DNA from: Obrimoposthia wandeli
Taxonomy: Eukaryota
Assembly: GCA_977020255.1 (NCBI GenBank)
Contig: CDROCS010001028.1
Location: 62,001 to 126,000, forward strand
Direction: 5' to 3'
DNA: 64,000 nt
Shown: positions 1-10,192 of the stretch, piece after piece
Layout: each line of letters begins with the position of its first letter
Position numbering within the stretch: position 1 is the stretch's first letter
Notes under the pieces: model-generated
The model's database searches: none
What the model was told of the DNA's origin: nothing
Seen by the model: the letters and a program-made list of their open reading frames with translations, nothing else
Translations under genes and position numbers: made by a program

Positions 1-161
1 ACAAGAATGTTGTCTCAACACCAAGATTTTAGTCATTGGTATTTACATTCATAAGCAAGTCAAATAATTCATGCTATATTTTTATCAATGACATATTTAT
101 GTTGGTTTTAATGATAATTAAATATCATTAACAAGGTTGATTAGTCCTAGATGGTATTAAT

Positions 162-1418
162 ATGCAGTGGCTTCTAATATTGTTTTTTACATTGATTATC
201 TCCGGTTGCCAAGGGCTACAAAATGTTGATATCCCAGAGAGTAACCAAACAGAAAATACCCCTGTAATTTCTATAAGCGCTATTGAACTTGAGAAAAATT
301 GCCCTATATCTTATCAACAGCAAGAAGGCTTTTTTATTGCTACTGGTCATCAAAACGGCCTATCTATAGACAAAAATGCTGACAACAGCCCTTTCAATAC
401 TCGATCAGTTAACAATACGTTCGTAATAGACTCCCCCCATTCATCGGCTGATTTGTGGGACGTAATGGGCGATTCTTTTTCACTGCCTGTACCAAATAAC
501 AAGCGCATTCGATATTACCGAAATTGGTTTGTTGATAACCCCTTACACATTAAAACGGTGTCTAAACGTGCTGAACCTTTTTTATATCTGATGTATGAAG
601 AAGTGCTAAAACGTGGGTTACCGACAGAAATAGTGCTACTTCCTTTCATTGAAAGCTCTTTTGACCAGTTTGCCCATTCAAACAAAGGGGCATCAGGACT
701 TTGGCAAATTACAGCACCTACTGGTAAGTCTTTTGGATTAGAGTATTGGCAAGGTTACGATGGCCGTCGTGATGTGATTGCATCAACCCATGCAGCATTG
801 GATCTTCTTGAATATTTGCACGATAAATTTAACGGTAACTGGCTACACGCTATAGCCGCTTATAACACGGGTGAAGGGCGAGTAAGAAATGCCATTAAAA
901 GTAATAAGAAAAAAGGCATATCAACTGAGTTTTGGTATTTAGAATTACCGAAAGAAACACGCTTATATGTACCGAAGTTGCTTGCAATGGCGGATATTGT
1001 AAAACATAAACACGAATACCAGTATCAGCTCGATTTTGCGACGATACCTACCTCACCAGCAGTGACAAAAGTCATCGTAAACAATCGTGTTCGTTTAAAG
1101 AAAATAGCAAAACATGCTGATATATCCAGTAAACAACTTTATGCGCTAAACCCTGGGTATACCGCAGGTTACACGCTTAAAAATAGAGACAATATTGTAT
1201 TGTTACCAAAGAATAACATTGAGGTTTTTTATAATAATATCGACAGTCGCCTTTATGTTAGGTACAAATATTTTATACATAAAATAAGAATTGGTGAGTC
1301 GTTAAGTGAATTAGCACATAACAATAAAACGACAGTGTCAATGATTAAGCAAGCCAATGAGATGTCAGATTCATTTATTATTGCAGGGCAACGGTTGTTA
1401 ATCCCGCTCATTGATTGA
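162..1418 (+). CDS. mltD: Membrane-bound lytic murein transglycosylase D-like lipoprotein (SLT domain + LysM)
   Basis: Lipobox LIISG-C; SLT motifs LPFIESSF, ASGLWQI and AIAAYNTGEG; C-terminal LysM (HKIRIGESLSELA...GQRLLIP). Confidence 0.85.
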   Translation: MQWLLILFFTLIISGCQGLQNVDIPESNQTENTPVISISAIELEKNCPISYQQQEGFFIATGHQNGLSIDKNADNSPFNTRSVNNTFVIDSPHSSADLWDVMGDSFSLPVPNNKRIRYYRNWFVDNPLHIKTVSKRAEPFLYLMYEEVLKRGLPTEIVLLPFIESSFDQFAHSNKGASGLWQITAPTGKSFGLEYWQGYDGRRDVIASTHAALDLLEYLHDKFNGNWLHAIAAYNTGEGRVRNAIKSNKKKGISTEFWYLELPKETRLYVPKLLAMADIVKHKHEYQYQLDFATIPTSPAVTKVIVNNRVRLKKIAKHADISSKQLYALNPGYTAGYTLKNRDNIVLLPKNNIEVFYNNIDSRLYVRYKYFIHKIRIGESLSELAHNNKTTVSMIKQANEMSDSFIIAGQRLLIPLID

Positions 1419-1514
1419 ACATGAATGACACTCTTTCTCTATAGTCCGAATTAGTAGATCCTGACTATATCATCACTGTACATTCTCGGTTTCTACTACA
1501 GCGACAAGACTATT

Positions 1515-1922
1515 TTATTCAGTTAAAGGCTCTACAATTTCTTGAATATTCACTGATTTCCGTCCACTAACATCGCTGTAATTCAGCCCTTTCACATTAG
1601 AATCGGCGCCATCAAAAGCAACGTTCACGCTTTGTTCTAATTTAGCCAGAACACTTAAATCAGCCTGATTATGGGATAGTGATAAACCGATTAGAATCCC
1701 CATAAATGTACAGACAGGGGCAATTAAACTTCTAATGGCCATCAGTGTACAAAGCGAAATAATAGAGATAATAGTCGCGATATAAATATTACTGCCACCC
1801 ACACCACTAAAAAAAGCGATATAGACAGCAAGGCCTTGAAGTAACATCCCTATAAAAAGCACAAAAAGTTTCATATTGTAAAACCTATATATCTTATTTG
1901 AGTTAATTATAGACAGACACAT
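1515..1922 (-). CDS. Hypothetical membrane protein (about 3 TM segments); likely start at the second Met (MKLFVLF)
   Basis: ORF with hydrophobic helices and a soluble C-terminal tail; no family recognised. Confidence 0.6.
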   Translation of the reverse strand: MCLSIINSNKIYRFYNMKLFVLFIGMLLQGLAVYIAFFSGVGGSNIYIATIISIISLCTLMAIRSLIAPVCTFMGILIGLSLSHNQADLSVLAKLEQSVNVAFDGADSNVKGLNYSDVSGRKSVNIQEIVEPLTE

Positions 1923-2028
1923 TTACAAAAGAATAATTTACTTACTATGAAAAAACAGCCTTAGGGCTACTCACATCCTCAAGAAGGGTAAATATACTTA
2001 ATCTAAAACTTATCGCTACGTTGCATAA

Positions 2029-3258
2029 GTGTTATATGAACGGTACCTTAACACTTTGCTCTTCATTTATCGGTTACACATGAAATCTTTACCTTGGAAC
2101 GCATGGCTACTTGCTTTGGTTCAACCCTTTGTATTATCTGTTGGTGCTCTCAATGTGTTTCTTGGTGGTATTGTTGGGGCAAAATTACATCCTAACCCTG
2201 AGCTATCAACACTGCCTGTTACTGCGCTTATTATTGGTGTTTCCTTAAATATTTTTCCAGCCGCTAAAATTCAACATACCTTTGGTCGAAAAAATGCTTT
2301 TATTACTGCCGCCGTTATCAGTAGTTGCGTGGCTTTTGCTGCGGGGTTTGCAATAGAACATGAATCCTTTTGGGGATTTACGTTATGTACTTTCCTTCTT
2401 GGCACTCAATTGTCTTATGTTGGGCAATACCGTTTTGCTGCCATAGAAAGCTGTAACAATGCGAGTCAACACCCGACTGTAATTAGCATTGTTCTGGTTG
2501 GGGGCATAGCCGCTGCAATGGTGGGTCCCGAGCTGCTTAACATCGGTCAACTCATTCCACTTCATATGTCTAAATATGCCAATGCTTATAACGCATTGGC
2601 CATTATCGAATGCATTGGCGCTGTTATTTTGTTTATGGCAATGAAGCCTATTGTTATTAAAGAAAGCAGCGATGCTGAGGGCGTACCCCGCCCTTTATCT
2701 GAAGTGTTGAAGCAACCTTTACTGTGGCTTGCCATTGGCTCAGGTTTAACGGCTTACGCTGTAATGGCATTTTTAATGACAGCGACCCCCTTAGCAATGC
2801 AGCACCATGGCCATGATATTCAAAGTGCCAAATGGGTTATTCAAAGTCATGTTATGGCGATGTATTTACCATCACTCATTACTCCACTATTGATTAAATA
2901 TATCGGTATTTACCGCCTTATCTATGTCGGATGCATCGCAATGATTACTTGTATTGTTGCAGGATTACTGGGTCAGAGCGTACATAGTTACTGGTGGGCA
3001 TTGGTGTTATTAGGTGTCGGTTGGAATTTCTTGTTTATTAGTGGCACAACCTTACTGCCTAAAACTTATCAAGCCAATGAACGCTTTAAAGTACAAGCCA
3101 TTAATGACTTTTCCATCACCGCCTTTCAAGCAACGGGTTCTCTAGGGGCTGGTATGGTGTTATTTACTCAAGGCTGGAACTGGATGTTGCTTGCTTCCAT
3201 TTTCCCTGTTGTCACATTGCTTTTGCTGAGTGTGATAGTGAGAATAAATGCTGCATGA
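2029..3258 (+). CDS. MFS transporter (likely start ATG at 2080)
   Basis: About 12 TM helices; YRFAAIES and GVGWNFLFISGT motifs typical of an uncharacterised MFS subfamily. Confidence 0.85.
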   Translation: MLYERYLNTLLFIYRLHMKSLPWNAWLLALVQPFVLSVGALNVFLGGIVGAKLHPNPELSTLPVTALIIGVSLNIFPAAKIQHTFGRKNAFITAAVISSCVAFAAGFAIEHESFWGFTLCTFLLGTQLSYVGQYRFAAIESCNNASQHPTVISIVLVGGIAAAMVGPELLNIGQLIPLHMSKYANAYNALAIIECIGAVILFMAMKPIVIKESSDAEGVPRPLSEVLKQPLLWLAIGSGLTAYAVMAFLMTATPLAMQHHGHDIQSAKWVIQSHVMAMYLPSLITPLLIKYIGIYRLIYVGCIAMITCIVAGLLGQSVHSYWWALVLLGVGWNFLFISGTTLLPKTYQANERFKVQAINDFSITAFQATGSLGAGMVLFTQGWNWMLLASIFPVVTLLLLSVIVRINAA

Positions 3259-3294
3259 CAGCGTACTCAGGGGATCATTAGACGTCATTCAGCT

Positions 3295-3459
3295 TTACTT
3301 ACTTACTGAATCTTCTGACTTGAAATATTGATGCTCTACATCTAAGTCTTTGGCTTGTTTTTCATGTAGCGCTTCAATTAATTTTTTGTTGAGCGCAGCA
3401 AAGTATATATCTTCTTCTGCTTTACCCTTCAAGCGCATTCGTTCAGTAAAATCAACCAT
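3295..3459 (-). CDS. Small 54-aa helical protein MVDFTERMRLKGKAEEDIYFAALNKKLIEALHEKQAKDLDVEHQYFKSEDSVSK (not in ORF track)
   Basis: Hand-translated; ATG at 3459 preceded by GAGG RBS, TAA at 3295-3297; fills the gap after the MFS gene. Confidence 0.7.
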   Translation of the reverse strand: MVDFTERMRLKGKAEEDIYFAALNKKLIEALHEKQAKDLDVEHQYFKSEDSVSK

Positions 3460-3866
3460 AGCTTCTACCTCAAAGTGATTACACTTACTATTAGTCTATG
3501 AGGTAAAGAATGACATGTCGTATTAATTGCAGAAAAGTAGATCTAGAACAATCTAGGATACATTCGCTGATTACAATCATATTTTCACAGTTTTAATAAC
3601 AACACCATTAAACGTATCGAAAACAACAGAAATCAAACCTAAACAATTGAAATTAAACGAATAAAATAAATGAAAACATCAATAAAAAGATGTGATTTCC
3701 TGCAGATATTGCACTGTGAAAAATTTATTGTACATTTTACAAACAGAAATAAGAATTTTTTATGAACCTTGCTTTTAAGCAACAATATGAAGACATTTTC
3801 CTCTATACTAAATTCAAGATGAAATTTAATCGTTTCATCATAATACTGTAACATTAAGGAGTGTCT

Positions 3867-3977
3867 ATGCAGCATCAAGAAATGATTGTTCCAACTAACC
3901 TCGGTCTTATCTCTCGAATTTCACTTATCGCAACAGTATTTATGGTTATCGGCTTAAGCATGATTGCTGGATTTTAG
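3867..3977 (+). CDS. Small 36-aa single-TM peptide MQHQEMIVPTNLGLISRISLIATVFMVIGLSMIAGF (not in ORF track)
   Basis: Strong RBS TAAGGAG ending 5 nt before the ATG; hydrophobic C-terminal helix. Confidence 0.6.
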   Translation: MQHQEMIVPTNLGLISRISLIATVFMVIGLSMIAGF

Positions 3978-4072
3978 TAAAATGAAATTCTAACGATGTA
4001 GTATGTCAGCTTACAATTCTGCTTTAATCATTAACTAGGTTGTAGCATGACATCCTCATCGTAGCCCTCTAA

Positions 4073-6118
4073 TTAATTAGCTTCAACATCTAACATTAGA
4101 TCATTATTCAATGCCGCTTTCTCTCGTAAATATATAGAGAAGGTTGAACCTTTACCTAATTCAGATTGCACTTCAATTTCACCGCCAATCTCGCTAATAA
4201 TACCTTGGCTAACAGACAGTCCTAACCCTGTTCCACTTCTACGCGTAGTAAAAAATGGATTAAAGATTCTCTTAAGATTTTCTTTGCTGATACCACAGCC
4301 ATGATCGATAATACGCACGACAGCCCCGAGTACTTTTCCATTGTTATCAATCCAATCTTCTGTTTTGACTTTCAATAAGCCTTTGTCGTCCATTGCATGA
4401 ACGCCATTCATTTGTAGATTAATTAATACTTGTAAGAGTTGGTGTCGATTCGCTTCGATACAACACTTAGCCTCTAGCTGAGCTTCAACCTTGACATCAT
4501 AAGACTTGGTACCAGAACGGACTAAAGTTAAGCTTTCTTCAACAATAAGGTTTACATGGTGCCAAGTAATTTCATCTTGCACACCACCTTGTCGGCTGTA
4601 TTGTAAAAGGCTTCGAGTAATATTTCGGATACGATCTATTTGCTCATGAATAGCATCTAATTCTTCTTTAACGCGTTGAGTATCATCACCGAGTTCCAGT
4701 TGTAACAGTTCGACATTACCTAAAATAACAGCTGTTGGATTATTGATTTCATGGGCTATTCCCGCCGTTAATTCACCGAGGGCTGCCAGTTTTTCACTTG
4801 CCACCAGCTTAATTTTCGCCTGATTCAACAATTTGATATGTTGCTCTAGCTCTTCTGTTTTTTCATGCAAGCTACGGGTTCGAATTTGCACTTTGTCTTC
4901 GAGTTCAAGAGAGGCTTTTTTAATGTCTTCATTACGTTGATGAAGCTGATCAAGCATTGAATCAAACTGTTGGCCAAGTATCTGTAACTCGTGATTTTTA
5001 AACAGCTCTAAGGAACCAATACGACGATCAAGTCCTATTTGTACCGCTTTGACTACGTTATGAATTCTTTCTATTGGCCTAAATAAATCCCGCGCTCCAC
5101 GATAAACAATCACACCAGAGAGTAATAGAACAATCACAATACCAATACCTAACTCAATAATATTGGTCAAAAATGTTTTTAATAGCGGCCACTCAAGGTA
5201 GCCCGTATACAGCATGCCTATCACATTGCCATCATGATCATGCAGTGGCTCGTAAGAAGAAACGTACCAATCATCGTAAACAAATGCCCGCCCAACCCAA
5301 TTTTCGCCAGTCATGAGCACTTGTTGCTTAACTTCATCAGACACTCGCGTACCAATCGCACGCCCGAAGCGCGCTTCACTATCAAGCGGTACATTCGTGC
5401 TCACGCGAATATCATCCATAAATAGCGTCACCGTGCCAATACTCCCTGCAGGTAATGTATCTGCGGGATAAACCAAATCACGAATGCGATCGACAAGTAA
5501 GGTACTGTTATTTAAAAGTATACCGCCATCAACAATCCATTGAAGTTGATTTTTCTCGTTAAAGATTGGAATTAGGCTGCGACTAACTAAACCTCTTGAT
5601 TCAAATTCATGTTCTTTGATTAAGGGGATTTCTGCATTTACAGGCAAATTTTGATTAAGATTTTCTAAGGCTTGTCCATCCAAGACTTGAAAGAACGTTT
5701 GCTCTTCACCACTCAGTAATAATTGACGATTTACTTTCGAAAATTCACCCAATGCAGAAGCAGGGTGCAGTACAACAAAATCCAACTCATAATTTAGCGT
5801 TTGAGTATTTACCCAATCACTTAACTTTGCTTCATCGGTTCGTAATAATGTCTGAAAATCATAAGACGATGACAACGACATTAGGCGCATACGTTGTTCT
5901 TTTTGTAGCAACTCCATACTATGGTGTGCGACAGCGAGATCAGCCCTTACATTCATTAATGCATTTTGCCATGTATACGTCACTGTCCAGTACATCGTCA
6001 GTGCGATCAAAGCAAGTAATGTAATAATAATGGGAACAGACGTTAGCACCAATAAACGGTAACGTACCATCGTTCTAAAACGACGCACCCACTTCAGTAC
6101 TATGTGTTTTAATTTCAT
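4073..6118 (-). CDS. Sensor histidine kinase (Cache sensor domain, HAMP, HisKA, HATPase)
   Basis: H-box GIAHEINNP, N/G boxes (NLQMNG, DHGCG, GTGLGL); Cache-type segment VGRAFVYDDWYVSSYEP; ATGA overlap with the upstream regulator. Confidence 0.9.
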   Translation of the reverse strand: MKLKHIVLKWVRRFRTMVRYRLLVLTSVPIIITLLALIALTMYWTVTYTWQNALMNVRADLAVAHHSMELLQKEQRMRLMSLSSSYDFQTLLRTDEAKLSDWVNTQTLNYELDFVVLHPASALGEFSKVNRQLLLSGEEQTFFQVLDGQALENLNQNLPVNAEIPLIKEHEFESRGLVSRSLIPIFNEKNQLQWIVDGGILLNNSTLLVDRIRDLVYPADTLPAGSIGTVTLFMDDIRVSTNVPLDSEARFGRAIGTRVSDEVKQQVLMTGENWVGRAFVYDDWYVSSYEPLHDHDGNVIGMLYTGYLEWPLLKTFLTNIIELGIGIVIVLLLSGVIVYRGARDLFRPIERIHNVVKAVQIGLDRRIGSLELFKNHELQILGQQFDSMLDQLHQRNEDIKKASLELEDKVQIRTRSLHEKTEELEQHIKLLNQAKIKLVASEKLAALGELTAGIAHEINNPTAVILGNVELLQLELGDDTQRVKEELDAIHEQIDRIRNITRSLLQYSRQGGVQDEITWHHVNLIVEESLTLVRSGTKSYDVKVEAQLEAKCCIEANRHQLLQVLINLQMNGVHAMDDKGLLKVKTEDWIDNNGKVLGAVVRIIDHGCGISKENLKRIFNPFFTTRRSGTGLGLSVSQGIISEIGGEIEVQSELGKGSTFSIYLREKAALNNDLMLDVEAN

Positions 6119-7584
6119 AAAACTTCTTCGTCAATCCATTCTTTATATTTACGTTCCAGCGTCTTACGTGCAACACCAAGCTGACGAGCAGCGGCTGATT
6201 TATTACCTTCATGCGAATCAACAACCTGCATAATGTGCGCCTTTTCAACCTCTTTTAATGTCCAATTGGTTGGGTAACAAAATTGGTCACCTTCTGCGTC
6301 ATAAATTGAGTTGCATCGACAATCACTGCTTACTTTATTGATTATTTCATCACCGATAACATCAGACGCCGCATTGACGGATCTTGGCAGAGGATTGGTA
6401 TCACCTTGAAGGTCTCGCCAATATTCCGCTGGTGGCTTACCCAGTAAAATACAACGCTCCATCATATTACGAAGCTCTCGAATATTACCGGGCCAGTCAT
6501 AAGCTTGCATGGCTGTAATATCTTCATGCGTCCAATTAATGACCTTCATGCCCAAATCTTTGGCTAGCTGCTGGGTAAAATGATGTGTCAGGGAAGGAAT
6601 GTCCTCCATTCTTTCTCGCAAGGCGGGTAAGTCGACTGTTAATACATTTAATCGGTAATATAAATCGCGGCGGAAACGACCTTCGTCCACTTCTTCTTTC
6701 AAATTTCGGTTGGTTGCCGCGATAATTCTTACATCGACTTGTACTTCGCGCTCTGCACCCACAGGTCGAATCGCTTTTTGCTCTAGGGCGCGTAATAAAG
6801 ACGATTGCATTGAAAGGGGCATTTCACCTATTTCATCCAGAAAAAGTGTGCCACCATTCGCAACTCGGAATAGGCCTTCTCGCCCTTTCTTTGCACCAGT
6901 AAAAGCACCCGATACATGACCAAACAACTCACTTTCTAATAAATCAGGCGCTATTGCACCACAATTTAGCGGCACAAAAGGACCCATACGCTGGCTTAAC
7001 TGATGTAATGCACGCGCCACTAATTCTTTACCCGTGCCAGATTCACCTTCAACGAGCACAGCGGCAATAGAGGGAGCAATCTGCGCGATCAATTTCTTCA
7101 TTTGTTGGGTTTTTACCGCGTCACCAATAATATCGACGGGGAATGTACGTTCGACATCGCGTTGCAGGGCAAAGTTCTGGCGTTCTACTAGGCGGTGTTC
7201 AATACAGCGGCTAACGGATTGCATCATCTGTTCTAAATTAAAAGGTTTCAAAATAAAATCAGAAGCACCGGCACGTAACGCTTTAATCGCTGTATCTAAA
7301 TCGGCATACCCCGTCATGAAAATTACATCACTGCGACGGGTTGACGGGTCAAAAGCCTCGTGCCACTCAATGCCTGAGCGACCGGGTAAATTAATATCTA
7401 CAATTAATAAATCAAAGTGGCAACGTTTACGGAGTTCTTCTGCTTCCTCGATACTGCCAGCGGTATCGACTTGAGCAAATTTTTTACTTAATGCTTTTTT
7501 TAAGATGGCACGCATACCTGGTTCATCATCAACAACCAGTACAGATACAGCAGCCCAAGAAAGAGAAGAAGAAAATTCAGACAT
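6115..7584 (-). CDS. Sigma54-dependent response regulator (REC-AAA+-Fis HTH)
   Basis: REC (VDDE, DINLPG), Walker A GESGTGKE, GAFTGA motif, FLDEIGE, C-terminal AARQLGV HTH. Confidence 0.95.
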   Translation of the reverse strand: MSEFSSSLSWAAVSVLVVDDEPGMRAILKKALSKKFAQVDTAGSIEEAEELRKRCHFDLLIVDINLPGRSGIEWHEAFDPSTRRSDVIFMTGYADLDTAIKALRAGASDFILKPFNLEQMMQSVSRCIEHRLVERQNFALQRDVERTFPVDIIGDAVKTQQMKKLIAQIAPSIAAVLVEGESGTGKELVARALHQLSQRMGPFVPLNCGAIAPDLLESELFGHVSGAFTGAKKGREGLFRVANGGTLFLDEIGEMPLSMQSSLLRALEQKAIRPVGAEREVQVDVRIIAATNRNLKEEVDEGRFRRDLYYRLNVLTVDLPALRERMEDIPSLTHHFTQQLAKDLGMKVINWTHEDITAMQAYDWPGNIRELRNMMERCILLGKPPAEYWRDLQGDTNPLPRSVNAASDVIGDEIINKVSSDCRCNSIYDAEGDQFCYPTNWTLKEVEKAHIMQVVDSHEGNKSAAARQLGVARKTLERKYKEWIDEEVL

Positions 7585-7611
7585 AAAATAAACAACAGCA
7601 ATGATGTAATA

Positions 7612-7632
7612 GATGCGACATTTTGTCTCATC
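7612..7632. promoter_or_regulatory. Palindromic putative enhancer (UAS) for the sigma54 activator
   Basis: GATGCGACA-TTT-TGTCTCATC, a 9-3-9 inverted repeat with 1 mismatch, about 125 bp upstream of the sigma54 promoter. Confidence 0.6.
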
Positions 7633-7705
7633 AAGGTTAATAAAGTCAAAGCTGTTTCATACTTTTATGACATGACGCATGAATATCTAATTATTTATTG
7701 TTTTA

Positions 7706-7718
7706 AATCATTAAGTTA
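7706..7718 (+). promoter_or_regulatory. Putative IHF site
   Basis: AATCATTAAGTTA, one mismatch to WATCAANNNNTTR, with an AT tract upstream; lies between the UAS and the -24/-12 promoter. Confidence 0.45.
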
Positions 7719-7756
7719 AATACTGAAAAAGCGTTATCGTTCCATGAAATTACAAC

Positions 7757-7773
7757 TTGGCATCTGATTTGCT
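7757..7773 (+). promoter_or_regulatory. Sigma54 (-24/-12) promoter of the tup-mob-moe operon
   Basis: TTGGCATCTGATTTGCT = GG-N10-GC with consensus flanks; divergent from a sigma54 activator gene. Confidence 0.85.
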
Positions 7774-7874
7774 TATAAGTTGGTAATGAGTGCTGTTTTT
7801 TAAGCACCTAAATGCATCCGTATTCTTAATTTTATACATTATAAATAATGTAACTTATTTCGTCAGGAAGACTT

Positions 7875-8714
7875 ATGACTGTAAAAACAATGACATTTAT
7901 TCAAACGTCAATTGTGACTCTAGCCCTTGCTTCAACTGCAAGTGTTTATGCGCAAGACCGTTCGCAAGAGAACACGCAAGAGAACATGAAAATCCGCCTT
8001 GCGACAACAACCAGTACTTATCACTCTGGTTTATTAGATTACCTGCTGCCTGAATTTAATAAAGATACGGGTTATACCGTTGACGTTTTAGCAGCAGGTA
8101 CGGGTAAATCACTGCGTATGGGACAAAATGGTGATGTTGATTTAGTGATGACTCACGCACCTAAATCTGAAGCAAAAGCTTGTGGATTTATGCTCTGTGT
8201 ACTTCCATGAGAATTGATTTTGTTTAGCTGGTCCAAAGCGGATCCTGCCAACGTTGATACAGATAAAGACATTGTCAAAGCAATGACAGACATTGCCTCT
8301 TACAATGCTACTTTTATTTCACGCGGTGATGATTCAGGTACAAACAAAAAAGAATTAGGTTTGTGGGAACAAGCAAAAATTGAGCCTAACTTCGGTGGTT
8401 ACAAAGCAGTAGGACAAGGCATGGGGCCAACATTGAACATGGCATCTGAACTGCAAGCTTACACATTAACCGACCGCGGTACTTGGTTAGCTTACGAAAA
8501 CAAACTGGATCTAAAGATCTTAGTTCAAGGTGACAAACGCCTTTTTAATCCTTACCAAGTTATTCTGGTTAACCCAAGCCGTTACCCAGACATCAACTAC
8601 CAAGGTGCTAAAGCATTCAGTGACTGGTTAGTTAACCCTAAAGCGCAAGCTATGATCAATAGCTATCAGCGCCACGGTGAGCAGCTGTTTGTTGCTAATG
8701 CTGTTGTTCAATAA
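7875..8714 (+). pseudogene. tupA: Tungstate ABC transporter substrate-binding protein; interrupted as read by a garbled patch at about 8178-8240 (stop 8208-8210), probably a sequence error
   Basis: TupA signature LATTTS; GDVDLVMTHAP; FISRGDDSGT; both halves are in the same frame. Confidence 0.85.
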
Positions 8715-8763
8715 AAGTGTTATCACTTACTAAACACATTGAAACGGAAAAAACGTAAATATA

Positions 8764-9466
8764 ATGGATATTTGGCAAACGACCCAACAAGCAGTTCAAC
8801 TTCTCTTTAGTGGCGACATGGCACTATGGGGTATTGTTGGCGTTTCATTTTCCGTTTCTTTGCTGGCTATTAGCATTGTGCTGATACCTGCTTTAGTGAT
8901 TGGTTTTGCCCTCGCCTATGGTAAGTTCCCTGGGCGTTGGCTTATCTTGTCTCTATTTAATACATTCCAATCTATTCCTACAGTAGTGATTGGCTTGTTA
9001 CTGTATATGACGCTATCGCGTTCTGGCCCTATGGGTGACTGGAAAATGCTGTTTACGCAGCAAGCAATGATCATTGGTCAAATGATGATCTGCTTTCCCA
9101 TTCTTGTTTCTATGATGCACGCCGCTTTTCAAAATAGTGACCGTCGTGCATGGGAAACAGCATTAACGCTGGGTGCTAGCCTACCGCGCGCCTTAATGAG
9201 CTTAATGTGGGAATCCCGTTTCCCACTGTTTGCGGCAGTTATCGCAGCCTTTAGTCGCATCATTACCGAAGTCGGTTGTTCAATGATGGTCGGTGGCAAC
9301 ATTTTAAATTCGACCCGTAATATCTCCAAACAGTTAGACGTTCTTGAAAAGCTCAAAGGTGCATTCGCCCCGCGTGCTGCCTTTGTAGCGTATTACCAGC
9401 CTCGCATTAGGTCTAAACTTCTTTTTATCTGTTGCTCGTGGGAAAGCCCACTTGCGTACCAATTAA
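8764..9466 (+). CDS. tupB: Tungstate ABC transporter permease; C-terminus frameshifted at about 9324-9400
   Basis: Intact TupB sequence to EVGCSMMVGGNI; the expected last helix LALGLNFFLSVARGKAHLRTN* is in another frame, ending at TAA 9464-9466. Confidence 0.85.
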
Positions 9467-9478
9467 GTTGAGGAACAG

Positions 9479-10192
9479 GTGATGTCACAAGTTTCAATTC
9501 AAGCACATGATCTTTCGATGCGATTTAAAGATCGTTTGCTTTTTCATGTCCCTCAACTCACGCTTGGTCCTAGCGATGCTATCTATCTGACAGGTGACAA
9601 TGGTGTAGGCAAAACCACACTGTTGAAAATTTTATCTGGGTTACAAAAGCCCACAACGGGTAAAGTGAATCTTCAAAATCAATCTTGGCTCTACCGTCTT
9701 TTTAAAGGTAATACCAAAGGTGGCATTATTTATATGCACCAAACACCTTACATGTTTGACGGTTCAGTATTTGAAAACGTCTGTTATGGTTTAAAGTTCG
9801 CCATTAAAGACCGCCAAACACGACGAAGTGAAGCTATAAATGCCTTACGTATGGTAGGGTTAGAAACCTTGGCTGATGAACACATTTCGGTGTTATCCGG
9901 CGGTGAAAGACAACGTGTTGCAATGGCACGCGCATGGGTATTAAAACCTAGTGTACTCTTGATGGACGAATCCAGTGCTAGTCTTGATAAAGAATCGATC
10001 GAACGACAGGTTATTCTGGCAAAAGATTTGCTAGAGCGCGGTTCAACATTGGTTATCACGAGTCACCAACAAAATGCACTTACTGCACTTTGTCGTCGCC
10101 AATGGACTATCAGCAATGCAAAACTAATAGAACGAGCAGATTTACAGCTCGTCACAAAAGATAAAAATAAGGACGACTATGCCTTCGGCTGA
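9479..10192 (+). CDS. tupC: Tungstate ABC transporter ATP-binding protein
   Basis: Walker A GDNGVGKT, signature LSGGE, Walker B LLMDE; follows tupAB. Confidence 0.85.
   Translation: MMSQVSIQAHDLSMRFKDRLLFHVPQLTLGPSDAIYLTGDNGVGKTTLLKILSGLQKPTTGKVNLQNQSWLYRLFKGNTKGGIIYMHQTPYMFDGSVFENVCYGLKFAIKDRQTRRSEAINALRMVGLETLADEHISVLSGGERQRVAMARAWVLKPSVLLMDESSASLDKESIERQVILAKDLLERGSTLVITSHQQNALTALCRRQWTISNAKLIERADLQLVTKDKNKDDYAFG

Noticed and set aside
3639-3878. 79-aa minus-strand ORF
   Set aside because: Low-complexity translation of AT-rich intergenic DNA with no RBS; overlaps the better-supported 36-aa plus-strand ORF.
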